NCBI GenBank assembly: GCA_034659435.1
Contig: JAYEHJ010000091.1
Location: 1 to 35,587 of the forward strand
DNA: 35,587 nucleotides
Origin: Patescibacteria group bacterium
GTDB taxonomy: Bacteria > Patescibacteriota > Patescibacteriia > Patescibacteriales > UBA12075
Reading direction: 5' to 3'
The notes below the pieces were generated by a model. It ran no database searches. It saw only the letters and a program-made list of their open reading frames with translations, and was not told the DNA's origin. The position numbers and the translations under genes were made by a program. Shown here piece by piece: positions 24,101 through 31,143 of this stretch. Position 1 is the first letter of the stretch, and every line of letters starts with the position of its first letter.

Positions 24101-24340
24101 TTTTAAAATTGGTGAACAATCAAAATCTGGGATATATTTTTGCGGCAGTGGCGCTGAGACGATAATAATTTTTTCATGAGCCGTAGTTACCGTGTAGCCC
24201 AACTCCTTTAAACCGGCTTTGATTTCATAATCCTCAAAACCTATTGTTCGCAGTTTTGAGATGATATCATTTCCGGTATATCCCCTGCCTTCTAGCTCAA
24301 CGCTCAAATCTATAACCTTTTGTATTTCATTGTTTATCAT
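24098..24340 (-). CDS. hypothetical small protein (80 aa)
   Basis: ATG 24340 is preceded by a G-rich SD (AGGGGGGGGTAAA on the - strand). No recognisable motif. Confidence 0.45.
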   Translation of the reverse strand: MINNEIQKVIDLSVELEGRGYTGNDIISKLRTIGFEDYEIKAGLKELGYTVTTAHEKIIIVSAPLPQKYIPDFDCSPILK

Positions 24341-24385
24341 TTTACCCCCCCCTGATTTATGTGTTTATAGTAAACAATTTTTTGT

Positions 24386-24409
24386 TATGTGCCCGAGGCC
24401 GGACTCGAA
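24386..24409 (-). repeat. 24-nt direct duplicate of the tRNA-Leu 3' end plus trailer
   Basis: TATGTGCCCGAGGCCGGACTCGAA is identical at 24386-24409 and 24567-24590. The upstream copy lacks the rest of the tRNA. Confidence 0.85.
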
Positions 24410-24570
24410 GGGGCGGAAGCCCCACACCATCATTATTCACGTAGAGTATGTTTTATATTATTTTTTATAATTAATTATTTTTTCTCTTTTTATAAACTAT
24501 AATCAAACTGGTTCAAGCCTCGCCCTCGGGCACATATAAAAGACCTTTTTAAAAAGAGGTTTTTTATATG

Positions 24571-24654
24571 TGCCCGAGGCCGGACTCGAACCGGCACGGT
24601 GTCGCCACCAAGAGATTTTAAGTCTCTCGCGTATACCAATTTCGCCACTCGGGC
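24571..24654 (-). tRNA. tRNA-Leu (anticodon TAA), type II with long variable arm
   Basis: The reverse complement folds as GCCCGAG/CTCGGGC acceptor, anticodon stem AGAGA/TCTCT with loop CTTAAAA, a 16-nt variable arm, and T-arm GCCGG-TTCGAGT-CCGGC. Confidence 0.9.
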
Positions 24655-24666
24655 CAATTAAATTAT

Positions 24667-24759
24667 TTTATAGTCAAGGAATTTGAATACCCCAAGGGCA
24701 CTTCCTTCGGGGCGTATTCCCGACTACTGTTAGTGCCCCTTGCGGGTATAACTTGTAAA
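24667..24759 (-). repeat. family B two-hairpin element (~66-nt core) carrying a nested 27-nt family-C insertion
   Basis: Aligns end to end with the reverse complement of 27723-27786, except for the insert at 24690-24716. Lies between tRNA-Ala and tRNA-Leu and is co-oriented with them. Confidence 0.8.
24690..24714. mobile_element. family C 25-nt hairpin micro-element flanked by TA/TA
   Basis: TA[CCCCAAGGGCACTTCCTTCGGGGCG]TA. The paralogous site in the other family B copy reads ...AAATA|TTCCC with a single TA. Confidence 0.8.
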
Positions 24760-24810
24760 ATTAGTGCGTGCACCGCGTAGTTCTTAAGCGGCAAAGCCGC
24801 AAGAGCGAAG

Positions 24811-24887
24811 TGGTGGACCGTAAGGGATTCGAACCCTTGACCCCCTGCGTGCAAGGCAGGTGCTCTAGCCAGCTGAGCTAACGGCCC
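24811..24887 (-). tRNA. tRNA-Ala (anticodon TGC), encoded CCA
   Basis: The reverse complement is GGGCCGTTAGCTCAGCTGG...CCTGC-CTTGCAC-GCAGG...GGTTCGAATCC...ACGGTCCACCA. G3:U70 is present. Confidence 0.92.
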
Positions 24888-25171
24888 AATAAACAATTGC
24901 AACAAAAAACAATTAACCTTTAACTAATATTAGTTAATTGCTGTTTTGTTTTTTTGAATACATTATTTTTAGCTAGAAATAAGCTAAAATATTAATATAT
25001 CAAAATATTTTTATAATATTTAGATATTACATTATTTTTTAAAAATTTGCAAGTAAAAAGCCTTGCCAAATCGCGAAACATAGATTATAATAAATTTTAG
25101 TTGTAAAAAGGTAAGAAAATCAGCAAACACATAGTTATAAGCGGGTCTTGCCCGCCGAAGCTTCAGCGTAG

Positions 25172-25243
25172 GCGGGTATGGTATAGTGGCTATTACATTA
25201 CCTTGCCAAGGTAGAGAGACGGGTTCAATTCCCGTTACCCGCT
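25172..25243 (+). tRNA. tRNA-Gly (anticodon GCC)
   Basis: Acceptor GCGGGTA/TACCCGC, anticodon loop TTGCCAA, T-arm ACGGG-TTCAATT-CCCGT. Confidence 0.88.
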
Positions 25244-25248
25244 CAAAT

Positions 25249-25284
25249 AAAAATAATCCCGATTTAGGGATTATTTTTATTTTA
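25249..25284. terminator. bidirectional terminator shared by tRNA-Gly (+) and hup (-)
   Basis: AAAAATAATCCC-GATTTA-GGGATTATTTTT. Confidence 0.75.
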
Positions 25285-25291
25285 CAAATTT

Positions 25292-25582
25292 TTATTCTCC
25301 GCCTTTTCCTTTTAACGCGTCTTTTAGAGTTTTTCCTGTTTTAAATTTAGCAACCATTACTTCCGGAATTTGAATTCGTTCGGAAGGCTTTTGCGGGTTA
25401 ACTCCGCCGCGGGCATGGCGAGTGCGGGACAGGAATGTTCCAAAACCGGTAATTGTTACTTCGTTGCCGGCTTTAAGCTCGGAGATAATAATTTTTACCA
25501 AACCGTCAAGCATAGCTTCGGCTTCTTTTTTTGTGCTAGCCGTTTCAGCGGCAATGCGCTCAATTAGAGATGCTTTGTTCAT
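25292..25582 (-). CDS. hup: HU-family DNA-binding protein
   Basis: 96 aa. MNKASLIERIA...GFGTF..R.R.AR.GRNP-type arm (GFGTFLSRTRHARGGVNPQKPSERIQIP). Confidence 0.9.
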   Translation of the reverse strand: MNKASLIERIAAETASTKKEAEAMLDGLVKIIISELKAGNEVTITGFGTFLSRTRHARGGVNPQKPSERIQIPEVMVAKFKTGKTLKDALKGKGGE

Positions 25583-25673
25583 ATTTTTTTATAAAGTTTA
25601 TTAAAATATTAGTTTAAAAAATTAATTAGTTTTTTATTTCAATAAATTTCTGCAATTAACATGCATATCCACA

Positions 25674-25702
25674 ATTATAGCAGATAAATTTTTATCAGGC
25701 AA
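25674..25702 (-). promoter_or_regulatory. sigma70-type promoter for hup
   Basis: On the - strand: TTGCCT, 17 nt, TATAAT. Confidence 0.5.
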
Positions 25703-25739
25703 GTAAAGTTTGCTAATATTTCATCCAATTTATAAAAGG

Positions 25740-25760
25740 GGCATTCGGCGGCAGTCTCAT
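25740..25760. repeat. family A solo right end
   Basis: GGCATTCGGCGGCAGTCTCAT. Confidence 0.6.
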
Positions 25761-25803
25761 GTTAGCATAAGCGATGATATTGCGCGAATTGGGGATTGTA
25801 GGC

Positions 25804-25847
25804 AAAAACACAGAAACGCGCCGCGGCGCGTTTCTGTGTTTTTTTAA
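25804..25847 (-). terminator. terminator after rny
   Basis: AAAAACACAGAAACGCGCC-GC-GGCGCGTTTCTGTGTTTTTTT. Confidence 0.8.
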
Positions 25848-25865
25848 AATTTTATTTTAACAATC

Positions 25866-27380
25866 CTATCGCGCGTATTCAATCACCCTCATCTCGCGTA
25901 TTACATTAACTTTAATCTCACCGGGATACTTAAGCTCGGCTTCAATTTTTTTCGCGACTTCGCGCGCTAATTCATGCGCTTTAAAATCATCAACTTCGTC
26001 CGCGGAAACAAACACGCGCACTTCGCGTCCGGCTTGAATCGCGTAAGTTTTTTCAATACCGTCAAAAGAGCCGGCGATTTTTTCCAATTCTTCCAAACGT
26101 TGGATATATTGTTCAAAGCTGTCGTGCCTAGCTCCCGGTCTGGCGCCCGACATAGCGTCCGCGACTTTTACGATAATTGAAATTAATCCGCGCGGCCGGT
26201 CATCATGATGGGTTTCAATCGGATCAATTATTTCCTGAGGCAAATTGAATTTTTTGGCAATATCACGGCCGATTTCCGGATGAGTGCCTTTTACCTCGTG
26301 GTCAACCGCTTTGCCGATATCATGCAGTATTCCTGCCTTTTTGGCGATAGTTGCGTCCGCGCCCAGCTCTTCGGCCAATAAAGCTGAAAGGTGCGCGACT
26401 TCCAAAGAATGGCGAAGCGCGTTTTGTCCGTAGCTGGTGCGGTATTTAAGCCGTCCTATAATCTGCACTAATTTCGGATCAAGTCCGGCAATGCCAATCT
26501 CGTATAAAGCGTCTTCTCCTGCTTTTTTAATATCAAGCGCCAATTCTTTCTTGGATTCTTCAATAGCGTTTTCAATTTTTGTCGGATGAATCCTACCATC
26601 AAGAATTAATTTTTCCAATGTTTTTTTGGCAATGTGCCGCCTAATAGGCGAAAAAGCCGAAACAGTAATCGTGTTCGGCGTATCATCAACAATAATTTCC
26701 GTGCCTGTTATCTGCTCAATTACCTTAATATTTCTGCCTTCGCGGCCGATAATGCGCCCTTTCATTTCATCGCTTGGCAAGTCAACTGAAGAGGTGGTAA
26801 TTTCGGTCGTGTAATTTGACACCAAGCGCTGCATTATACCGGCCATCACATCGCGCGCCTTTTTTTCCAATGTTTCCGTGTCAAGCGCTTCCTGCTTGCG
26901 AACGCGTGATATTAAGTCTTCTTTCATTTTTTCTTCCAAATTTTTTAATAAAATCCCCTGCGCTTCATCCTTTGACATGCCGGCGATTTTTTCCAGCTTT
27001 TCCATTTGATCCTTTTTGATTTTATAGATCGTGCTTTTTACTTCTTCAACTTTTTCAATTTTATTGTATAGTTTTTGCTGCTTATCTTGTAATTCCAGCA
27101 ATTTTTGCGAAAAAAGAGTTTCTCTTTTTTCAAGCCTGGCTTGCAAATTGTTAATTTGGAGATTACGATTTTTTTCTTCTTGCTTGGCTTCATCAATAAT
27201 TTTTACCGCTTTTCCCTGAGCACTTAAAATTATTTCGTTTTTTTTGGTTTTAACTTCAGCCAGCCTTTTTTCCGCTTTTTCTTCGGCTGATTTAATTTTA
27301 GTGTCAATGTTTTTCTTTCTTATCCAGTAACCGACAAAAAAACCGCCCGCAAGAACAATAACGTATATTAAATATTCCAT
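25866..27380 (-). CDS. rny: ribonuclease Y
   Basis: N-terminal TM helix, coiled coil, KH domain (GRIIGREGRNIKVIEQITG) and HD domain (LHDIGKA...HH). Confidence 0.92.
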   Translation of the reverse strand: MEYLIYVIVLAGGFFVGYWIRKKNIDTKIKSAEEKAEKRLAEVKTKKNEIILSAQGKAVKIIDEAKQEEKNRNLQINNLQARLEKRETLFSQKLLELQDKQQKLYNKIEKVEEVKSTIYKIKKDQMEKLEKIAGMSKDEAQGILLKNLEEKMKEDLISRVRKQEALDTETLEKKARDVMAGIMQRLVSNYTTEITTSSVDLPSDEMKGRIIGREGRNIKVIEQITGTEIIVDDTPNTITVSAFSPIRRHIAKKTLEKLILDGRIHPTKIENAIEESKKELALDIKKAGEDALYEIGIAGLDPKLVQIIGRLKYRTSYGQNALRHSLEVAHLSALLAEELGADATIAKKAGILHDIGKAVDHEVKGTHPEIGRDIAKKFNLPQEIIDPIETHHDDRPRGLISIIVKVADAMSGARPGARHDSFEQYIQRLEELEKIAGSFDGIEKTYAIQAGREVRVFVSADEVDDFKAHELAREVAKKIEAELKYPGEIKVNVIREMRVIEYAR

Positions 27381-27690
27381 ATATTAAGCCGTTATTGCTG
27401 CCGGGAGATTAAAAGTAGAGTTTTTATTTAAATTAGATAAACAAATTAAAAACTTTCAAATAAAGTTAAATATTTTTTTGAAAAGTTTATTTGTTTTTTT
27501 AGCAATTTTTTGCGAAATTGAATTTTTTATAAATATAAATTGAGTATTCACAAATTTTACACTAATTTTAGATAAATTCTATAAACCGTTAAATTTGTCC
27601 CGAACAGCAAAACAATTAATTTTTTAATTCAAACAAGCACTTTTTTTAAGAGCTTGTTGTTATAAATATCTTAACATAAGAAAACCAGCT

Positions 27691-27719
27691 TTGCAAGTTT
27701 TGGTAAAATTTGCTATACT
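27691..27719 (+). promoter_or_regulatory. sigma70-type promoter for the 27807 gene
   Basis: TTGCAA, 17 nt, TATACT. The family B element then falls in the 5' UTR. Confidence 0.55.
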
Positions 27720-27722
27720 TAA

Positions 27723-27786
27723 TTTACAAGTTATGCCCAAAGGGCACTAACAGTAGTCGGGAATATTTAAATTCCTTGACTATAAA
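27723..27786 (+). repeat. family B two-hairpin element (uninterrupted copy) in the 5' UTR of the 27807 gene
   Basis: TTTACAAGTTATGCCCAAAGGGCACTAACAGTAGTCGGGAATATTTAAATTCCTTGACTATAAA. Hairpins GCCC-AAA-GGGC and AGTC.GGAAT-loop-ATTCC..GACT. Confidence 0.8.
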
Positions 27787-27806
27787 TTATTAACTAATAA
27801 AAAACT

Positions 27807-28940
27807 ATGAAAAAAATTTTAGTTATTGTTCTTGTTTGCGCGTTTGTTTTTTCAGTATCTTTGGTTAGCGAAATTTCGGCAAGCACCGCAGACAGTTTGC
27901 CGGCCGGCACGGTAATCAAAGGAGAAGGGCTTTCCACTCTTTATTACATCGGAGAAGACGGAAAGCGCTATGTTTTTCCAAACTCAAACATTTTTTTCTC
28001 TTGGTATGACGATTTTTCAGAAGTAGTGGAAGTTTCCTTGGAAACTTTGTATGAATATCCCTTAGGCGGCAATGCACGTTATAAACCCGGAGCTCTTTTA
28101 GTAAAAATTCAAACCGACCCGAAAGTTTACGCGGTTGGACATAACGGTAAACTTCATTGGATTAAAACCGAGCCAATCGCCAGAGCGCTTTATGGAAATA
28201 ATTGGAATAAATTAGTTGACGATGTGCCGGATTCGTTTTTTACAAATTATGAAGTAGGCGGCGAAGTTGACGGAGAAGATGATTTTGACCCAACATCAAC
28301 AGAAGAAGAAACACCAAGCATAAGCCATAATCGCGGTTTTAAAGCTAAAGTTGCCGCGCGTATTAAAAATAGAAATGAAAGAATTTGCGATCAGTTGGAT
28401 AGCGCCGTAAATCGTTTGCAAAAACGGCTTGTTCGCTGGGAAATAGCGCTCCCAGACATAGGAAAAAATTTAATGAAGATATGCTATGGCTTAGGCAGTG
28501 ATGGCAAAATGACCGGCAACGCGTTGCGTTCCGTAAAAAAAGCTACTCTTTGCCACGAAGGAAAAACTATCAGCGTAGACCTTTCAGCTATCGGCGCCCA
28601 TTTAAAGCAGGGCGGCTTTATGGGGGCATGCGAAGATGATAGTGCTGAACCGGATACAACAGCCCCTAAAATTACGGATGATCCGCACGTAGCCACGAGC
28701 AGCAGAACAGCGGTCATTACATGGACAACTGATGAATTATCAGACAGCAAAGTAATTTATGCCGAGGGGTCATTTGAAACAGCAAGCCCAAACGAGGCAA
28801 CAAGCACCGATCTCGTCCTGGAACACAGTGTAGAATTAATCAACCTTTCCGTTTCAACCACTTATTCTTACAAAGTTGAATCCAAAGACGCGGCAGGCAA
28901 CCTTGCGACAAGCAGTGAAGCAACTTTCGTGATTGAATAA
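27807..28940 (+). CDS. secreted hypothetical protein with C-terminal Fn3/Ig-like domain
   Basis: Signal peptide MKKILVIVLVCAFVFSVSLVSEISA. C-terminal beta-rich module TAVITWTTDELSDSKVIY...YSYKVESKDAAGN. Confidence 0.6.
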   Translation: MKKILVIVLVCAFVFSVSLVSEISASTADSLPAGTVIKGEGLSTLYYIGEDGKRYVFPNSNIFFSWYDDFSEVVEVSLETLYEYPLGGNARYKPGALLVKIQTDPKVYAVGHNGKLHWIKTEPIARALYGNNWNKLVDDVPDSFFTNYEVGGEVDGEDDFDPTSTEEETPSISHNRGFKAKVAARIKNRNERICDQLDSAVNRLQKRLVRWEIALPDIGKNLMKICYGLGSDGKMTGNALRSVKKATLCHEGKTISVDLSAIGAHLKQGGFMGACEDDSAEPDTTAPKITDDPHVATSSRTAVITWTTDELSDSKVIYAEGSFETASPNEATSTDLVLEHSVELINLSVSTTYSYKVESKDAAGNLATSSEATFVIE

Positions 28941-28962
28941 AAATTTGTTTTTACATAAATTT

Positions 28963-28997
28963 AAAAGCCGTTTCAAAATCTTTGAAACGGCTTTTTG
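28963..28997 (+). terminator. terminator after the secreted-protein gene
   Basis: AAAAGCCGTTTCAAA-ATC-TTTGAAACGGCTTTTT. Confidence 0.8.
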
Positions 28998-29040
28998 TTT
29001 TATTTTTATTTAACATTAGCAAATAATAGACTTGTCCACA

Positions 29041-29069
29041 TTGACTGAAATCTTAATTTATGATATACT
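29041..29069 (+). promoter_or_regulatory. sigma70-type promoter for the 46-aa ORF
   Basis: TTGACT, 17 nt, TATACT. Confidence 0.5.
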
Positions 29070-29123
29070 TATTTTATAAGCGTAGAGATACGCGAAAATA
29101 AAAATAAAAATAAAAATAAAAAA

Positions 29124-29264
29124 ATGGAAAATGAAACAATCCAAGCTTGTGACAAGCTTGAAGAAAAACAGGTTCCCTTTGGGGATAAATTCGCTTATTT
29201 GGCGATTTCAGCGACAGTTGCATATACCTACATGGTGATAAATGTAATGTCCTACATATCGTAA
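29124..29264 (+). CDS. candidate 46-aa tail-anchored small membrane protein
   Basis: Not in the ORF track because it is under 60 aa. Sequence: MENETIQACDKLEEKQVPFGDKFAYLAISATVAYTYMVINVMSYIS. It has its own TTGACT-17-TATACT promoter (29041-29069) and a terminator (29297-29328). No SD; the leader is A-rich. Confidence 0.35.
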   Translation: MENETIQACDKLEEKQVPFGDKFAYLAISATVAYTYMVINVMSYIS

Positions 29265-29296
29265 AATTTTAAAACTATTTTTATTTTAAAAATGCC

Positions 29297-29328
29297 AAAA
29301 ACAACCCAGCAATTGGGTTGTTTTTTTA
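29297..29328. terminator. bidirectional terminator between the small ORF (+) and the helicase (-)
   Basis: AAAAACAACCCA-GCAAT-TGGGTTGTTTTTTT. Confidence 0.75.
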
Positions 29329-29362
29329 TTTAACATTTTTTTGATAAAAAAATTTGAAACCC

Positions 29363-30697
29363 CTAAAAGGGACTGTCGCCAAATGCCAAAACTGGCATTC
29401 GGCGACAGTCCCTTATTTTTCGCAAATTTTTTAAATCTTCCTCTGATTGCTTGATATATTCTTTGTCCCTTTTCACAATATCGGGGTTGACTTGCAAAGA
29501 CATTTTATTCAGACCTAATAACTCCATTCCGCTAAGCGATCTTACTCTTGACAGGGCGACATAGCCCATACCATAATCAAAAGCGTCCCGCAAATCAACA
29601 ATCATCTCATCAAGGCTCATGCCCTGGCTTTTATGAACCGTAATCGCCCATGCCAGCCGCAAAGGCACTTGGCTTATTTTGGCAACCGTTTCATTGCCCT
29701 CCTCAACCGCCCACTCTCTTGGATAAGCGATAATTTGCCTATCGTCATTAGTTTTAACAATCGGATAATTATCAAATTCGCTAAAGCCGATAATTTTCCC
29801 AAGCGTGCCATTGACATAATGGGCAAAGCCGGATTCGCTGAATTTATTTTTTACAAACATTACTACCGCCCCTTTTTTTAAAACAAGCCTTGACGGCGCC
29901 ATGCAATTTTTTATTAAAAAATCAACCAATTGCTTTCGTCCTTTTTTATAAGATGATTTCATTTGATAGACTGTTTCGCTTTGTTTTATTTTTGCCAATT
30001 CAAAATCGTTTATGGCGTTAACGTCCTTGTTATTGGTGAACAATTTTGTCGGAGTAATATTTCCGCAAACCGGCCGGTTAAGCCTTGATTTTAATGTCAT
30101 CAAAGTATCTTTATCTATCTTGTTATTTCTGATGCTATTTAAAACTTTGATAAATTTTTTATCGCTATGCCTGTGCTGTTCATTTAAATAGCAGACTTTT
30201 AAACAAGATTCATTCCAAACGTTTGCCTTAAAAGCGTATTCATTATTTTCTTCTTTGCCGTTGACCGGCGGTAATTGAAAAAAATCACCGCAAAAAATAA
30301 CCTGAATTCCGCCAAAAGGCGCGATGCTGTTTTTGAAAGACATGCAAATATTGTTAACCAAGTCCAGCCTGTCGGCATCAAGCATTGATATCTCATCAAT
30401 AATCAATACTTTTGTTTTAAGCATCCTGTTCTTTAGATATCTTTTATTTAAAATGGTTTTAAATTCCGCTTTGCTTAATTGCTTGGCGATTCCCATCCCG
30501 CACCAGGAATGAATTGTTATGCCGCCGATATGCGTAGCCGCGATGCCTGTTGAAGCCGTAACTGCCGCGCTAATATGCTTTGACTTTAAATAGCTGATAT
30601 ATTTATTTAAAAGAAAAGTCTTCCCGCTTCCGGCAGGACCTGTCAAAAAAACATTAGCGCCCAGTTTTAATAATTGAAAAGCTTCTTCTTGTTTCAT
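29363..30697 (-). CDS. SF1B Pif1/RecD-like ATP-dependent DNA helicase
   Basis: Walker A GPAGSGKTF, Walker B LIIDEISM, C-terminal ITVHKSQGMSLD and YVALSRV motifs. The last 16 codons and the stop are encoded by a palindromic repeat. Confidence 0.8.
   Translation of the reverse strand: MKQEEAFQLLKLGANVFLTGPAGSGKTFLLNKYISYLKSKHISAAVTASTGIAATHIGGITIHSWCGMGIAKQLSKAEFKTILNKRYLKNRMLKTKVLIIDEISMLDADRLDLVNNICMSFKNSIAPFGGIQVIFCGDFFQLPPVNGKEENNEYAFKANVWNESCLKVCYLNEQHRHSDKKFIKVLNSIRNNKIDKDTLMTLKSRLNRPVCGNITPTKLFTNNKDVNAINDFELAKIKQSETVYQMKSSYKKGRKQLVDFLIKNCMAPSRLVLKKGAVVMFVKNKFSESGFAHYVNGTLGKIIGFSEFDNYPIVKTNDDRQIIAYPREWAVEEGNETVAKISQVPLRLAWAITVHKSQGMSLDEMIVDLRDAFDYGMGYVALSRVRSLSGMELLGLNKMSLQVNPDIVKRDKEYIKQSEEDLKNLRKIRDCRRMPVLAFGDSPF
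29367..29414. repeat. family A short form overlapping the 3' end of the helicase CDS
   Basis: AAGGGACTGTCGCCAAATGCC-AAAACT-GGCATTCGGCGACAGTCCCTT, with one A/C mismatch in the stem. Confidence 0.9.
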
Positions 30698-30736
30698 TTG
30701 TTTTTGAAATGATTATATTATGATGTCTTTGTTTTT

Positions 30737-30764
30737 ATTTTAACATTATGTCAGGCGCAGTCAA
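30737..30764 (-). promoter_or_regulatory. sigma70-type promoter for the helicase gene
   Basis: On the - strand: TTGACT, 16 nt, TAAAAT. Confidence 0.45.
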
Positions 30765-30774
30765 TTAATTTTAT

Positions 30775-30820
30775 TTATCAAAAAAATGTACGTACAAATG
30801 TACGTACATTTTTTTGATAA
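30775..30820. promoter_or_regulatory. 46-bp perfect palindrome containing two tandem TGTACGTACA boxes
   Basis: TTATCAAAAAAATGTACGTACA-AA-TGTACGTACATTTTTTTGATAA. It lies just upstream of the helicase promoter, between the divergent helicase and uvrA genes. Confidence 0.6.
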
Positions 30821-30934
30821 CAGTAAAAATACGCGATTTGCTAAATGACATTGAATTTAATGAAATAATGTCAATGGAACCTTTTTCGCAATTGGCTTTA
30901 TAAAAAATTATTGCGAATATTTTTTAAAAAACAG

Positions 30935-30950
30935 CCTAAGCGGCAGTCCC
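30935..30950. repeat. family A degenerate solo end
   Basis: CCTAAGCGGCAGTCCC. Confidence 0.4.
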
Positions 30951-31083
30951 TTTATAAGATTAATAGATACAAGTTTATCCAAATCATATATTTTTAATTT
31001 TCTGTCCAATTCATTTTCAATTATTTCAATATTTTGTTCATTAGCAAAAGCATATTCGGGTTTCAAATTTTTATTTGCTCTTC

Positions 31084-31112
31084 TTGCAAAAATCGAAAAT
31101 TTTGTGTATAAT
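31084..31112 (+). promoter_or_regulatory. sigma70-type promoter for uvrA
   Basis: TTGCAA, 17 nt, TATAAT, with TGTG directly upstream of the -10 (extended -10). Confidence 0.55.
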
Positions 31113-31143
31113 GAAGCAGTTATTTAAAAATAATTTTATATAA

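Noticed and set aside
24663-24905. 80-aa ORF (MLQLFIGPLAQLARAPALHAGGQGFESL...)
   Set aside because: It is a read-through of tRNA-Ala and the repeat-filled tRNA spacer on the - strand, not a gene.
27776-27806. TTGACT inside the family B element as a -35 box (also at the tRNA-spacer copy)
   Set aside because: No acceptable -10 lies at 16-18 nt in either copy. A much better promoter (27691-27719) lies upstream of the 27.7-kb copy.
30951-31075. Open frame on the - strand in the helicase-uvrA spacer (...KPEYAFANEQNIEIIENELDRKLKIYDLDKLVSINLIKG...)
   Set aside because: It is short and has no convincing start or SD. It overlaps the uvrA promoter and runs into a family A repeat end. At most it is a gene relic, with no recognisable homology.
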